A stretch of DNA of 20,000 nt from an uncultured virus (IMG/VR IMGVR_UViG_3300032316_001438) (IMGVR_UViG_3300032316_001438), one strand, 5' to 3'. Positions 7,006-15,709 are shown, counted from the first letter of the stretch. The notes: a model not told the origin generated them from the letters alone. Made by a program: numbers and translations.

Positions 7006-9297
7006 ATGAAACAATTTAGTAAATATTTTGCGCTGCTGGCCATTGTCGCCTTTGTGGTAATTGCCTGCCAGGACAACTTTAGTGAAGCCGATTTTGTAGC
7101 TAGTCAGCTAAAAAACCGAAACAAGCAAGATAGCATAGCTATCGCCAAACAAATTGAGGGTCTCAATGCTGCAGGGCAATTGCTATCTTACACCCTGCAA
7201 GTGCTGGATGATAAATTGCCTGTGTCCGGTGTGGCGGTGGTTATGTCTAACCCACCTCCAGGTTCCACCACTTCTACATTGACAGCCACTACGGATGCGA
7301 ATGGTTTTGCTACATTTAAAAATGTACAAATTGGTGCCAATACATTTATCGTCAGCAAGACAGGATACTATTCAGCTACGTTTATTGTTGACTTTGGGAC
7401 TCCTACGAATGCCGTCCACTATCAAGTAGTTAACAACAATGGTATACAAACGATATTACCTATCAAAAAAACAGCTTCTAATCAAGTGCCTATTTTTGCA
7501 TCGGCGGCAGGTGGCGCTACTGCTATTATCAGAGGGAATGTGACCATCGAATCTGATCTAACAAACACCACCGCTGAAATACCTCAAAACATCACCATCA
7601 AGGCCAATCTGACAGGTATTGGTGGTGGTTTTGGAGGTAACGCTGGCTCTACTGCGGAAGGCGGTTCAAGCCCATCCTCAATTAGGGGTTATTTCTTTAA
7701 CACCAATGCGATTGGAACGGCAACAGTAGATAACCTGACTGGTGCATACAGCATGGTGGTACCTGCCGGTGCAGATGGTAGAACGCTAACCTTGATCATA
7801 CCCACGGTGAGCCTTAACCAAAAGATAGGCTTCAACAGATTGAATGGACAACCAGTAGCAACCCAGATAGGCACTATACCAGCAGTCTTTGGCCCAGTTT
7901 CTTTAGCCGGGAATTATGATAACATCCCACAGGTGCTGGGGGCAATCGCAACATTCCCAGCACCGCCAGCGCCGGGCAGTGGATTTAAGTTTGCCTACAC
8001 CGCAGTTCCAAGGGGATTACCAACAACTCTTCCAACTAATCAAGGTCTTCAATTTACATCAGGCAATATCACAGCTCAGCTAACCAACAAAGGATCTGGA
8101 TATAGTGCGTCACCGACAGTTACAATAACTGGAGGAGGGGCCAGTACTCAAGCAACTGCAAATACAACGCTTCAAGGAATTGCTACAGGTATTACCATTA
8201 CAGCCGCAGGAACTGGTTACTCAGGTACAGTGAGTTATCAATTACAGCAGTCTACCGATGGTGGGGCTACGTTTAATAACGTCTCTTCGGTGGCGTTTAC
8301 CAGAGACGCTGGAAATACACCGGCTCCACTTTCAGCCCCAACTTTACCCACCACGGGAGCTGGTTTTGTAGCGAGCAACGCATTTGGGACTCTTGCAGGT
8401 GTGACTAACTTCCGATGGTTAATTACCAATACATCTCCTTTCGGAGCAAATCCTGCGGGCAGTGGTGCAACAGCTTCTGCTACTGTTTCCGCAACTGTAG
8501 ATCGCGTTCAAATACTTACCCCAGGAACCGGATACACCTCAGCTCCAACTATCACAATCTCTGCGCCTACTAGCGGCACAACGGCTACGTTTGTGATTCA
8601 AGAGTTTCAAACGCAATGGAATATTGCCCTAGACAACTCAGCGAATACGTCACCCTACAGAGTAATGCCTGCCGGAATAAATATGGTATTCAGCTACCTT
8701 ACTTCAGGAACACAAGCAATAAATGCTGTTGTTGATCAATTCGGAAATGGGACTTCAGCTGTATTTGGTACGCTAACTGTTTCAGGTGGTAATATCGTAT
8801 TTCAAGACCCGTCTAGAACTTATCAGACAAGTGGATTCTCTCAAAATCCGCCAAGCACAGTTGTAATACCATCTGTATCAACACAAGCATCTGCATCAGT
8901 ATCGGTAAACAGTATTTTAGGAAATGCAGCTTTTGGTCAAGTTACTGCGCTTACAAATGTTAATTCTGGCGCAGGATATGACGTGCCTGTCACAGTAACT
9001 ATTTCTGCACCCGCAGGCCTGTCAGGCACAGGTGCGAGGATAGACCTATCCACTTTTATGAATTTTGACAACAATACTAAGGAGTACAAATGGAATGGAA
9101 CGCCGGGAACAATTACAAACCCTGGCAGTGGTTATCAACCATTTTTGAATATGTACTACGTTAACAACTTCAACGGAAACCCGCAAATTAATGCAGTACA
9201 ATTTACTGGAACTACCAGCTACACTGTACGAACAGGTGATGTAGTATCTGCAGATATTGTTTACGGCACAGGTAGAAAAGCACAAAACGTAAACTAA
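7006..9297 (+). CDS. Large Thr/Gly/Ala/Ser-rich surface lipoprotein with GxGY-PTVTI repeats
   Basis: Lipoprotein signal MKQFSKYFALLAIVAFVVIA-C; prealbumin/carboxypeptidase-regulatory-like segment (PVSGVAV...TTDANGFATF...VSKTGY); repeats GSGYSASPTVTITG, GTGYTSAPTITISAP and GAGYDVPVTVTISAP. Starts 13 bp after the OMP gene. Confidence 0.85.
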   Translation: MKQFSKYFALLAIVAFVVIACQDNFSEADFVASQLKNRNKQDSIAIAKQIEGLNAAGQLLSYTLQVLDDKLPVSGVAVVMSNPPPGSTTSTLTATTDANGFATFKNVQIGANTFIVSKTGYYSATFIVDFGTPTNAVHYQVVNNNGIQTILPIKKTASNQVPIFASAAGGATAIIRGNVTIESDLTNTTAEIPQNITIKANLTGIGGGFGGNAGSTAEGGSSPSSIRGYFFNTNAIGTATVDNLTGAYSMVVPAGADGRTLTLIIPTVSLNQKIGFNRLNGQPVATQIGTIPAVFGPVSLAGNYDNIPQVLGAIATFPAPPAPGSGFKFAYTAVPRGLPTTLPTNQGLQFTSGNITAQLTNKGSGYSASPTVTITGGGASTQATANTTLQGIATGITITAAGTGYSGTVSYQLQQSTDGGATFNNVSSVAFTRDAGNTPAPLSAPTLPTTGAGFVASNAFGTLAGVTNFRWLITNTSPFGANPAGSGATASATVSATVDRVQILTPGTGYTSAPTITISAPTSGTTATFVIQEFQTQWNIALDNSANTSPYRVMPAGINMVFSYLTSGTQAINAVVDQFGNGTSAVFGTLTVSGGNIVFQDPSRTYQTSGFSQNPPSTVVIPSVSTQASASVSVNSILGNAAFGQVTALTNVNSGAGYDVPVTVTISAPAGLSGTGARIDLSTFMNFDNNTKEYKWNGTPGTITNPGSGYQPFLNMYYVNNFNGNPQINAVQFTGTTSYTVRTGDVVSADIVYGTGRKAQNVN

Positions 9298-9320
9298 GTA
9301 GTAGTATTTTAACAGCATCT

Positions 9321-9360
9321 AATAAAGAGGCCGTCTCAAATGAGACGGCCTTTTTTTATT
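9321..9360 (+). terminator. Rho-independent terminator, probably bidirectional
   Basis: Inverted repeat AGGCCGTCTCA / TGAGACGGCCT followed by a T-run and preceded by an A-rich run, between convergent genes. Confidence 0.9.
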
Positions 9361-9422
9361 TTGCAGTGTTTGAGGATCGATCGCTAATTTATATTTAACG
9401 CAAGGAGCGACAGAAATAAGAA

Positions 9423-10148
9423 TTAGTTTAAGTTTGGATCGCCAATGGCATCAGCCGGCTGGCAGCTGAACGTAATTTCTTCGCCAGTTACTAATTCTAT
9501 AACAACTGTCTTTGTTCCGATCGCCGCCTCCCCAAAAACCATAACAATATTAGTATCTGCAAAATACATCTTGTTAAAAATATTTATGATTATGGATTCC
9601 TGGAGTGTGCCCAGATACTCATCTGTACTTTTCCGGCATTTAACGCGCACCAGACTTTCTTTGGAAAAAAAGATTTGGTCAACATTAACCGTTGCTGGAC
9701 TGAAACTCGCCCCGGAGAAAACAATCATCTCTGGTGAGCTAGCTTCGACAATTTTGTCACCAGCGACAAAAGAAATACCCAAGCACACCTGGTAGATGGT
9801 TTCCTCATCATCTTCGTCCCGGTCATCAGATAGGTTGAGTTGATCCATCATAATCGCTACCCCTTCATTTTCAATCTCCATCGGCCTTACATCAAGGTCA
9901 AGGGGATCGATAAACTGGTCAGCAATAGGATCCTCTATTTCCAACTTTCCTTTCATAATCAGCTCCGATATCAAGTAAGCCAGATTATCATTGGATAAGC
10001 TCTCTATTTTAGAAACAAGAGCCAGCATATTGATCGAATCGGGAGTGGGCTTTACAATTGCAACCTTTTGATTTCCTTTGGCCTTAGGCGCTTTTTTTGA
10101 TGATTTAGTTGTTGTTTTTTTGATGGTTGTTTTCGCAGGCTTTTTCAT
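9423..10148 (-). CDS. Hypothetical protein with a Lys-rich N-terminal tail and acidic middle
   Basis: 241-aa ORF beginning MKKPAKTTIKKTTTKSSKKAPKAKG. Last gene of a tightly spaced leftward operon. Confidence 0.8.
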   Translation of the reverse strand: MKKPAKTTIKKTTTKSSKKAPKAKGNQKVAIVKPTPDSINMLALVSKIESLSNDNLAYLISELIMKGKLEIEDPIADQFIDPLDLDVRPMEIENEGVAIMMDQLNLSDDRDEDDEETIYQVCLGISFVAGDKIVEASSPEMIVFSGASFSPATVNVDQIFFSKESLVRVKCRKSTDEYLGTLQESIIINIFNKMYFADTNIVMVFGEAAIGTKTVVIELVTGEEITFSCQPADAIGDPNLN

Positions 10149-10164
10149 ATAAAATGGGTTGGTT

Positions 10165-10401
10165 TTATGCTAAAACAGAAATTCTCTTACTCATAGGTCT
10201 TGAATCAGGAGTAAAATTCAATAGCACCTCAGCGCTTGACCTATCTATAACCTCACACTGTGACCACGATGGAAATTTACGATCAAGGAATTTAGAAAAA
10301 GAAAACAAATTGTCAACATGCTCATACCATACGTGGTGGTCAAGCCCACTTGGCCGCTTGCCGATTAATACCTTGCAGCGATATTTTATGTAGACCCCCA
10401 T
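10165..10401 (-). CDS. Small hypothetical protein
   Basis: 78-aa ORF with 7-bp and 16-bp gaps to its co-oriented neighbours. Confidence 0.65.
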   Translation of the reverse strand: MGVYIKYRCKVLIGKRPSGLDHHVWYEHVDNLFSFSKFLDRKFPSWSQCEVIDRSSAEVLLNFTPDSRPMSKRISVLA

Positions 10402-10408
10402 CTAATAT

Positions 10409-11584
10409 CTAAGCAAGTGAGGTGGAGAACTGCTCGGGACGAATAACTTCTGAAAGCGTTGGGATGATCTCCTTATACTGCTTCCACCGGTTGACTTCAT
10501 AGTAAGTAGTATTTCCATACACCATCAGGTAGGTGTCCTCTAGTGCTTTCATCTTAGGCTCCAGATCGATATCAAGGTTCAGTAGCCAGTAGTGAAGTAG
10601 CTTGTGAAACTCAAGAGAGCTGACCATGACCTTAATCTTGCTGGCCTGTGATTTACGGAAACGTGATTTGAGATTAAGTAGGAGAACCTTCTTGAACCGG
10701 TCCTTGTTGTCGGCCTCCAACTGCAAGAGCTCCTCATCACTGTACTCGATAGTCACAATGGGTTGGAAGTCGTGAAACACGGCGTCAATGTAAGGGCGGC
10801 TATCAGGACCTCGCTTCAACGCCTGTGCGGCGAAATCATTGATGGTACCAAGTTTCGTTTTTAGCTCCCTCATATTCTCCGCTTGCGACTTCTGCTTTGT
10901 GTTCGCCAGCCTAAACAGCGAATCGATGGAGGGGTACATCACAATCTTCTTTGTTTGCTGAGAAGAGTGAGAGGTCATGTCTCGCAAGTTCATCAATGAC
11001 AAATACAGTATGCGGCAGGCTGGCGGCAGTAGCATTAATAAATCAAGGTCGAAGCGTGAAAAATAACGAGACAGACTAGTGACAAAGGAGTCTGAATAGC
11101 GAAGCTCATAATATATTTTCCTGGAAGCGCCCTTGTAGTATTTAGTCACCTCCTCAAATACCTGAACCTTTCGAAGCCCGGATCCCTTATCTCCATTTCT
11201 GTCAGCATCTGTTACATCAATGCGTGACTGTTGCAAAAGAATATACAAGGCATTGTCTAAAGCGGAATCCCATAACGGTCGTCCGGCAGCAACCCGGGAT
11301 TCATCGTACTGCTTCCAATTTGACGGCGGTATATTCATCAACTCGCGCCTGTGTTCAACATTGACTTTATTGATTAGCGTTTTGTGTGAAAAACCAATTT
11401 TTGAAGCAACCAGATGTGGATCCCAGATACGGGTACCAAACAAAGTCTCTGCGCAGAAATTGTACTGAAGATCATAGGCTACAAAAATGAGGACGTGCAA
11501 AACAAGCATCTCATCTTTCTCATAGGTATCCCTGAGCCAGCCCAGGTTGTTTAGAATATGTCTGTCGAAACGGACTAACTTCAT
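10409..11584 (-). CDS. Hypothetical protein, probable divergent winged-helix replication initiator (Rep2)
   Basis: 391 aa. YYELRYSDSFVTSLSRYFSRFDLDLLMLL...ILYLSL...PSIDSLFRLA...ELKTKLGTI resembles the WH1-WH2 junction of RepA/Rep_3 proteins. A phased repeat array lies upstream. The CDS itself is solid; the function is inferred. Confidence 0.55.
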   Translation of the reverse strand: MKLVRFDRHILNNLGWLRDTYEKDEMLVLHVLIFVAYDLQYNFCAETLFGTRIWDPHLVASKIGFSHKTLINKVNVEHRRELMNIPPSNWKQYDESRVAAGRPLWDSALDNALYILLQQSRIDVTDADRNGDKGSGLRKVQVFEEVTKYYKGASRKIYYELRYSDSFVTSLSRYFSRFDLDLLMLLPPACRILYLSLMNLRDMTSHSSQQTKKIVMYPSIDSLFRLANTKQKSQAENMRELKTKLGTINDFAAQALKRGPDSRPYIDAVFHDFQPIVTIEYSDEELLQLEADNKDRFKKVLLLNLKSRFRKSQASKIKVMVSSLEFHKLLHYWLLNLDIDLEPKMKALEDTYLMVYGNTTYYEVNRWKQYKEIIPTLSEVIRPEQFSTSLA

Positions 11585-11964
11585 GCGGCGCTGTTAAGGG
11601 TTTCCAGGATAGACTTTACCGAACCCTTACCTTTCTCATTGAGCGAGGTGTACATGAGCGCAATTTTGTAGGCATCTGTGTTATCAAGCGCTGCCGTGTT
11701 TGCTATATCGCTTTTTCCTAAAAGATAATCTGCTGAACATTTAAACACATCGCAAAGTACGGCCAGCGTTGCCACGGTAGGTAGTGAGCGTCCTCGTTCA
11801 ATGTCGATGTAGTGACCTCGATCAAGGCCTGTCACCTCGCTCACTGCGGATTGAGTAAGCTTTAAGGAAGATCGCAGAGAAGCCACTCGCTGTGACAGAA
11901 CGGACTTGATGATATCACTTTTCTTTGTCTTCGATGCTGACTTTTTGGTAGAACTATTGGCCAT
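11581..11964 (-). CDS. XRE-family helix-turn-helix transcriptional regulator
   Basis: LRSSLKLTQSAVSEVTGLDRGHYIDIERGRSLPTVATLAVLCDVFKCSADYLLG. ATGA overlap with the downstream gene. Confidence 0.93.
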   Translation of the reverse strand: MANSSTKKSASKTKKSDIIKSVLSQRVASLRSSLKLTQSAVSEVTGLDRGHYIDIERGRSLPTVATLAVLCDVFKCSADYLLGKSDIANTAALDNTDAYKIALMYTSLNEKGKGSVKSILETLNSAA

Positions 11965-11981
11965 TTTTTCTATTGCATTTC

Positions 11982-11989
11982 CAAAAGTA
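11982..11989 (-). promoter_or_regulatory. Bacteroidota -7 promoter element (TACTTTTG) for the xre-rep2 operon
   Basis: Matches TAnnTTTG, 17 bp upstream of the ATG at 11964. No clear -33 TTTG. Confidence 0.5.
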
Positions 11990-12010
11990 GCAAAAAGACA
12001 AGTGGGTTAT

Positions 12011-12039
12011 AGGCTACATACCATCCTAAATCATCCCAT
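12011..12039 (-). promoter_or_regulatory. Inverted origin-2 repeat within the shared 29-bp element (putative operator)
   Basis: 12021-12038 on the minus strand reads TGGGAT-GATTT-AGGATGG. 26/29 identical to 841-869. Lies where the -33 region of the leftward promoter would be. Confidence 0.65.
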
Positions 12040-12121
12040 TGCTGAAAAAAAGCAAAACAGAATTTTCTTTGGATGGCTCGCGCCATGAGACCGCGGAGGT
12101 CAGAACAAACAGAATATTATT

Positions 12122-12498
12122 CGGACTTTTTCCCACCATTATTTTGTATTAGTATTTACATATAAGAATGGGACATTTTAGGACGGCTACTGAAAGAAAA
12201 AGCTAAAAAAACAGGTTTTACTAATTGTTTTATGGGAGGTTGGGGGATGGGCTATCCGGCGAATCGATCAATTGGGTGGATTGTAAATGAGATATCAACA
12301 ATGGTTGGGATAAAACAGGACAATGGCTACTTGTGGTTGGGATGGTCTAGGACGAGCTAGGAAAGATGTATAGGTTCATCGCGATCGGAGCCGGTTTGTT
12401 ATGGGATAAAAAAGGACGGTCACCGGACAAAGTAGGACGGCCAGTGGGGTATTTCGGGATGGTGGAAAAGGATATACTTGCCCTCGGGAAAAAGTCCG
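12122..12498. repeat. Perfect 13-bp inverted repeats flanking the repeat array
   Basis: CGGACTTTTTCCC at 12122-12134 and GGGAAAAAGTCCG at 12486-12498. Confidence 0.8.
12169..12462 (+). repeat. Helically phased bipartite direct repeats TGGGAY-N5-AGGAYGG (candidate iterons of origin 2)
   Basis: Copies start at 12169, 12233 (degenerate), 12306, 12338, 12402, 12423 and 12445 (degenerate). Spacings are 64, 73, 32, 64, 21 and 22 bp. An AT-rich tract lies at about 12137-12168. Confidence 0.75.
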
Positions 12499-12576
12499 CA
12501 AGTATTAGCGGAACATCAAAGGGTTGAGTCGAATTGAAAATCGTTCAGTTCGGCTCTTCCTTTTTATATTTGCAGC

Positions 12577-12909
12577 ATGCTAACAGATCAAACCATAAAA
12601 GAAAAGTTGGTATCACTCAGAACCTCTCGCAAGTGGTCTCAGGGCGACCTTGCGAAAGTATCCGGATTAAACCGCGTGATGATTAACAGATGGGAGCAAG
12701 GGCACCTGGTTCCAAGTCAAGCGAGCTTAAAGAAGTTAGCCGGCTCTTTTGGTCAGGAGGGAATGAGCCTTCTAAACAATTTTACAGGACAAACAGACAA
12801 AGAATATCAACAGGAACTACTATCGATATTTCCTAGCCTTACCAAGTCGCAACAATTTCTTATTGTAAGCATGGCAAAGGAACTTGTGGCTGTAAACAAG
12901 AAGGGGTAG
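12577..12909 (+). CDS. XRE-family helix-turn-helix transcriptional regulator
   Basis: LRTSRKWSQGDLAKVSGLNRVMINRWEQGHLVPSQASLKKLA. Divergent from the other XRE gene. Confidence 0.93.
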   Translation: MLTDQTIKEKLVSLRTSRKWSQGDLAKVSGLNRVMINRWEQGHLVPSQASLKKLAGSFGQEGMSLLNNFTGQTDKEYQQELLSIFPSLTKSQQFLIVSMAKELVAVNKKG

Positions 12910-12910
12910 T

Positions 12911-13357
12911 TTAGTATGTCACTTCCGATAAAATTAACTGAACTAGTTTCATATTAACCGTCGCTTTTATCATCAAAGGATGTGAGATTCCATCAACGAT
13001 AATTGAATTCCACCTTAAAGAAGCAAGCCTTAATGCATCAGAGAGAATTTGTTGGTCAGAACACTTACTGATATTGCTGTAGAAAAGGATTTGACAATTA
13101 GGCGATTCTAATTTATCGTAGCATGTTGTTAGTACTAATAAAGCATCTCCATCAAATGCTTTTAAAACCATTCGGCTGGTAGACCCGATAAACCTTGAGC
13201 TATTTGCAGGAAAAAGAGTTCGATACGATTTGAGAATACAAGTCTTCGTGAGTTTATTGATGATAGGGTCATCGTCAAGAGTTTCAATAAGGAAGGAGCC
13301 AATTACACCAAGAAATATGTTTCTGCCGTTTTTTTTATTTCGAAGGAAGGATTGCAT
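12911..13357 (-). CDS. Hypothetical protein
   Basis: Open frame. Start chosen at ATG 13357, just after the upstream stop at 13360, rather than 13390. Confidence 0.6.
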   Translation of the reverse strand: MQSFLRNKKNGRNIFLGVIGSFLIETLDDDPIINKLTKTCILKSYRTLFPANSSRFIGSTSRMVLKAFDGDALLVLTTCYDKLESPNCQILFYSNISKCSDQQILSDALRLASLRWNSIIVDGISHPLMIKATVNMKLVQLILSEVTY

Positions 13358-13359
13358 AT

Positions 13360-13761
13360 TTAAGCAGCAAGCATTTTCAAATCCCTCCATCGGCCTATCT
13401 CGACCAAGGCCGGGATCTTCTTCACACCTGCAGCCCTGGCGGCGATTAATCTTCTACGGTTAGTACTCATAAACTTATTGTGCACTTGCTGGAATACAAC
13501 CGATATCGGCATAGGTAGAATTCCCTCACGGAACCACTCGATATATTTCTGCGTGGTAGGTAGTGCTAGTACGGACTCCTCGCTGAGATTCTTTTCGGTA
13601 TAATCAATAGAGAACGGATCAATGAAACGGACCACATAAACATAAGAGAAGTTCACATCGTTCAACCGGTCAACCACTAGCTGACCTTCCGATAAAGTAT
13701 TTGGTGTCGGGGAGTCCGTTTTGTTGTTATCGCTCAGTATGGATTTCAAATCAATAAGCAT
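13360..13761 (-). CDS. Stand-alone ParB/Srx N-terminal-like domain protein
   Basis: GILPMPISVV...FMSTNRRRLIAARAAGVKKIPALV resembles the ParB box-II region. Start chosen at 13761, after the upstream stop at 13764. Confidence 0.65.
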   Translation of the reverse strand: MLIDLKSILSDNNKTDSPTPNTLSEGQLVVDRLNDVNFSYVYVVRFIDPFSIDYTEKNLSEESVLALPTTQKYIEWFREGILPMPISVVFQQVHNKFMSTNRRRLIAARAAGVKKIPALVEIGRWRDLKMLAA

Positions 13762-13763
13762 AG

Positions 13764-13988
13764 TTAGTCTTTCGCCCCTCCACAGATAAGGCACTCACAC
13801 TCCATAGCGGTACGAAGCGTGGGCGTATCCGCTTCACATCCTTTGCAGGGCGAGTAGGTTAACCCGAGCTCGTTGCCGTAGTCGTAAACAGACGAGATGC
13901 TTACAACATACTTTTGTGCGGCCACTCTGCGGATGGTGTTAGCCGCAGAGCTAGTTAGGATTTTACCAGATTCTTTTCTCTTTGCCAT
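13764..13988 (-). CDS. Small hypothetical protein with a putative zinc ribbon
   Basis: 74 aa; CKGC...CECLIC near the C-terminus. Confidence 0.65.
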   Translation of the reverse strand: MAKRKESGKILTSSAANTIRRVAAQKYVVSISSVYDYGNELGLTYSPCKGCEADTPTLRTAMECECLICGGAKD

Positions 13989-14100
13989 ATATAATGATTA
14001 CGTGTAAAAATAGTGACTAGTTAACACCCGACTGCCCCCTTTATACCGATCTATATTTGTCAAAAGGAGATTATTAAATTCAGGGATCAAATTAGTTGGA

Positions 14101-14316
14101 CTAGGATTGTAAAAAGGATTTGTCTTTTATGAATTTCAAGTGATGAGCCTGTTGTTCGGTTAAACCAATAAATTCGGAGCTATTGAAATTAATTTCATCT
14201 GGATAAAATTCAAACAAGAACTTCTCTTCACCATTAGCTAGTGTGACATACACTTCTGGCATCGGGTCAGAAAATAATTTTGGTAGAGCTGTAATGCGGG
14301 CTGCTGAAATTATCAT
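14101..14316 (-). CDS. Small hypothetical protein
   Basis: 71 aa. DPMPEVYV...LFEFYPDEINF...FIGLT resembles small uncharacterised mobile-element proteins (from recollection, not a search). Operonic spacing. Confidence 0.8.
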   Translation of the reverse strand: MIISAARITALPKLFSDPMPEVYVTLANGEEKFLFEFYPDEINFNSSEFIGLTEQQAHHLKFIKDKSFLQS

Positions 14317-14325
14317 GTAGGTAGA

Positions 14326-14880
14326 TTATAAAGGTTGAAGTTCTGCGAACACCTGTTTGAGCTCAATCGAGATATCTCCTTTGTCTAGTTGAAGGTTTGA
14401 GTGCTGCAGTTCAATGCTAAACTCCCTGGAGAGTTTTAGTCGGTTAGCTTTCTTAATTACTTCCTTTTCACTCAAGGCGACAATGCTAGTGTACACCGAT
14501 CCATTTACCATGACGTTATATACATTTTTGCCGTTGTCAGACAACGGCATATATATTCCTCTCCAGTATTTGTATTCTTCAGCGGATATAGCTTTCAAAA
14601 CATCCTCTGGTTTCTCTTCACAGCCATGCGCTCGAATCAGCTCAGAGATTTTAGCCATCCACTTAAGCTTGAAGCTTTCGCGTGGATCACATTCGACAGA
14701 CAGCTTCATGCCGTACCATCCATATTGACTATCACCCTGCCAGGTTAAAGTGCCTATCACCTCAAGACCGCTTGAGGAAACACTATGAAATTTGTCCCCC
14801 AAAACTTGAATGTGCAAATGCTTATAGTAGTCCTTGGTATTGTCAGCTCTCTGAATTCGGACTTTTGTTTTCCGGGACAT
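14326..14880 (-). CDS. Hypothetical protein
   Basis: 184-aa ORF, 9 bp from the next co-oriented gene. Confidence 0.8.
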   Translation of the reverse strand: MSRKTKVRIQRADNTKDYYKHLHIQVLGDKFHSVSSSGLEVIGTLTWQGDSQYGWYGMKLSVECDPRESFKLKWMAKISELIRAHGCEEKPEDVLKAISAEEYKYWRGIYMPLSDNGKNVYNVMVNGSVYTSIVALSEKEVIKKANRLKLSREFSIELQHSNLQLDKGDISIELKQVFAELQPL

Positions 14881-14953
14881 AACTAGTGGGGATAAATTAC
14901 AATAAAGAATAAGAACAGAAGGAGCGTTGAAACAACAACCGACCGCCCGGCGC

Positions 14954-15709
14954 TTAGTCGCTCTCGGTAAACATGGCTACTTTTTCAGAGATAAGAAGAT
15001 AGTAGTGTCCGTTGAGACAACCCTTATATTCCTCGCTGAACCAAGCGGCATTATCTGCTGCCTGATAACTAACAGAATAGTCATACTTCCCGAAACCGCG
15101 GGCGCTATAATCCCGTTTAGCTTTTATTGCCAAAGCCAAATTGATAGAGGAGAAATAGAAAAGCTTTGAGACATCCAAAATATTGGGTCGGTTATCTTCA
15201 AACCAAGGGATATCAAGATCGTGCCGAACGTCAAAGTATGAATGGGAAAGATAATCCTTCTCGGTTGATTGTTCCCACTTGTTCCTAAGTGTCACGATGA
15301 GCTGCTCAGTTTTGTCTTCGGTGAACTGTTTCCAAAGATCCGGCCAAAGGTCCCTGTGCGCGTGCTTGAGAAAGAAATTGCGCTTGTACTGGTAGTACTT
15401 CACAGCCTTTTTGAGTTTCTCTTCAAAGGTCAACTCGGATGTAGGTTTAGCAGATATGCAGACAATAGACACCACATCAGCAACCGGAAAAAAATGTCCT
15501 TTCGTAGATGAGCGAGGTTTGAATTCACAGACCCATCCGGTTTTATCTCCTACAAACAACCTGGTATCGATAGTTCTCCCATCTTTATAGCTGACTCGGA
15601 ATTTGTACCTTCCTTGTTCAGCGCATTCTTTAACGGTTTGAGTCAAGGTCTGAGTTAATGATGGATTAACAGACCCCGTGATGATAGCTTCTTTTATCAT
15701 GGTGATCAA
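14954..15709 (-). CDS. Hypothetical protein
   Basis: 251-aa ORF overlapping the upstream stop by 4 bp. Distinctive C-terminus AWFSEEYKGCLNGHYYLL. Confidence 0.8.
   Translation of the reverse strand: MITMIKEAIITGSVNPSLTQTLTQTVKECAEQGRYKFRVSYKDGRTIDTRLFVGDKTGWVCEFKPRSSTKGHFFPVADVVSIVCISAKPTSELTFEEKLKKAVKYYQYKRNFFLKHAHRDLWPDLWKQFTEDKTEQLIVTLRNKWEQSTEKDYLSHSYFDVRHDLDIPWFEDNRPNILDVSKLFYFSSINLALAIKAKRDYSARGFGKYDYSVSYQAADNAAWFSEEYKGCLNGHYYLLISEKVAMFTESD

Noticed and set aside
11581..12909. Prophage call from the divergent XRE pair and dnaB
   Set aside because: No integrase, terminase, capsid, tail or lysis genes are in the window. A phage-plasmid cannot be excluded but is not supported here.
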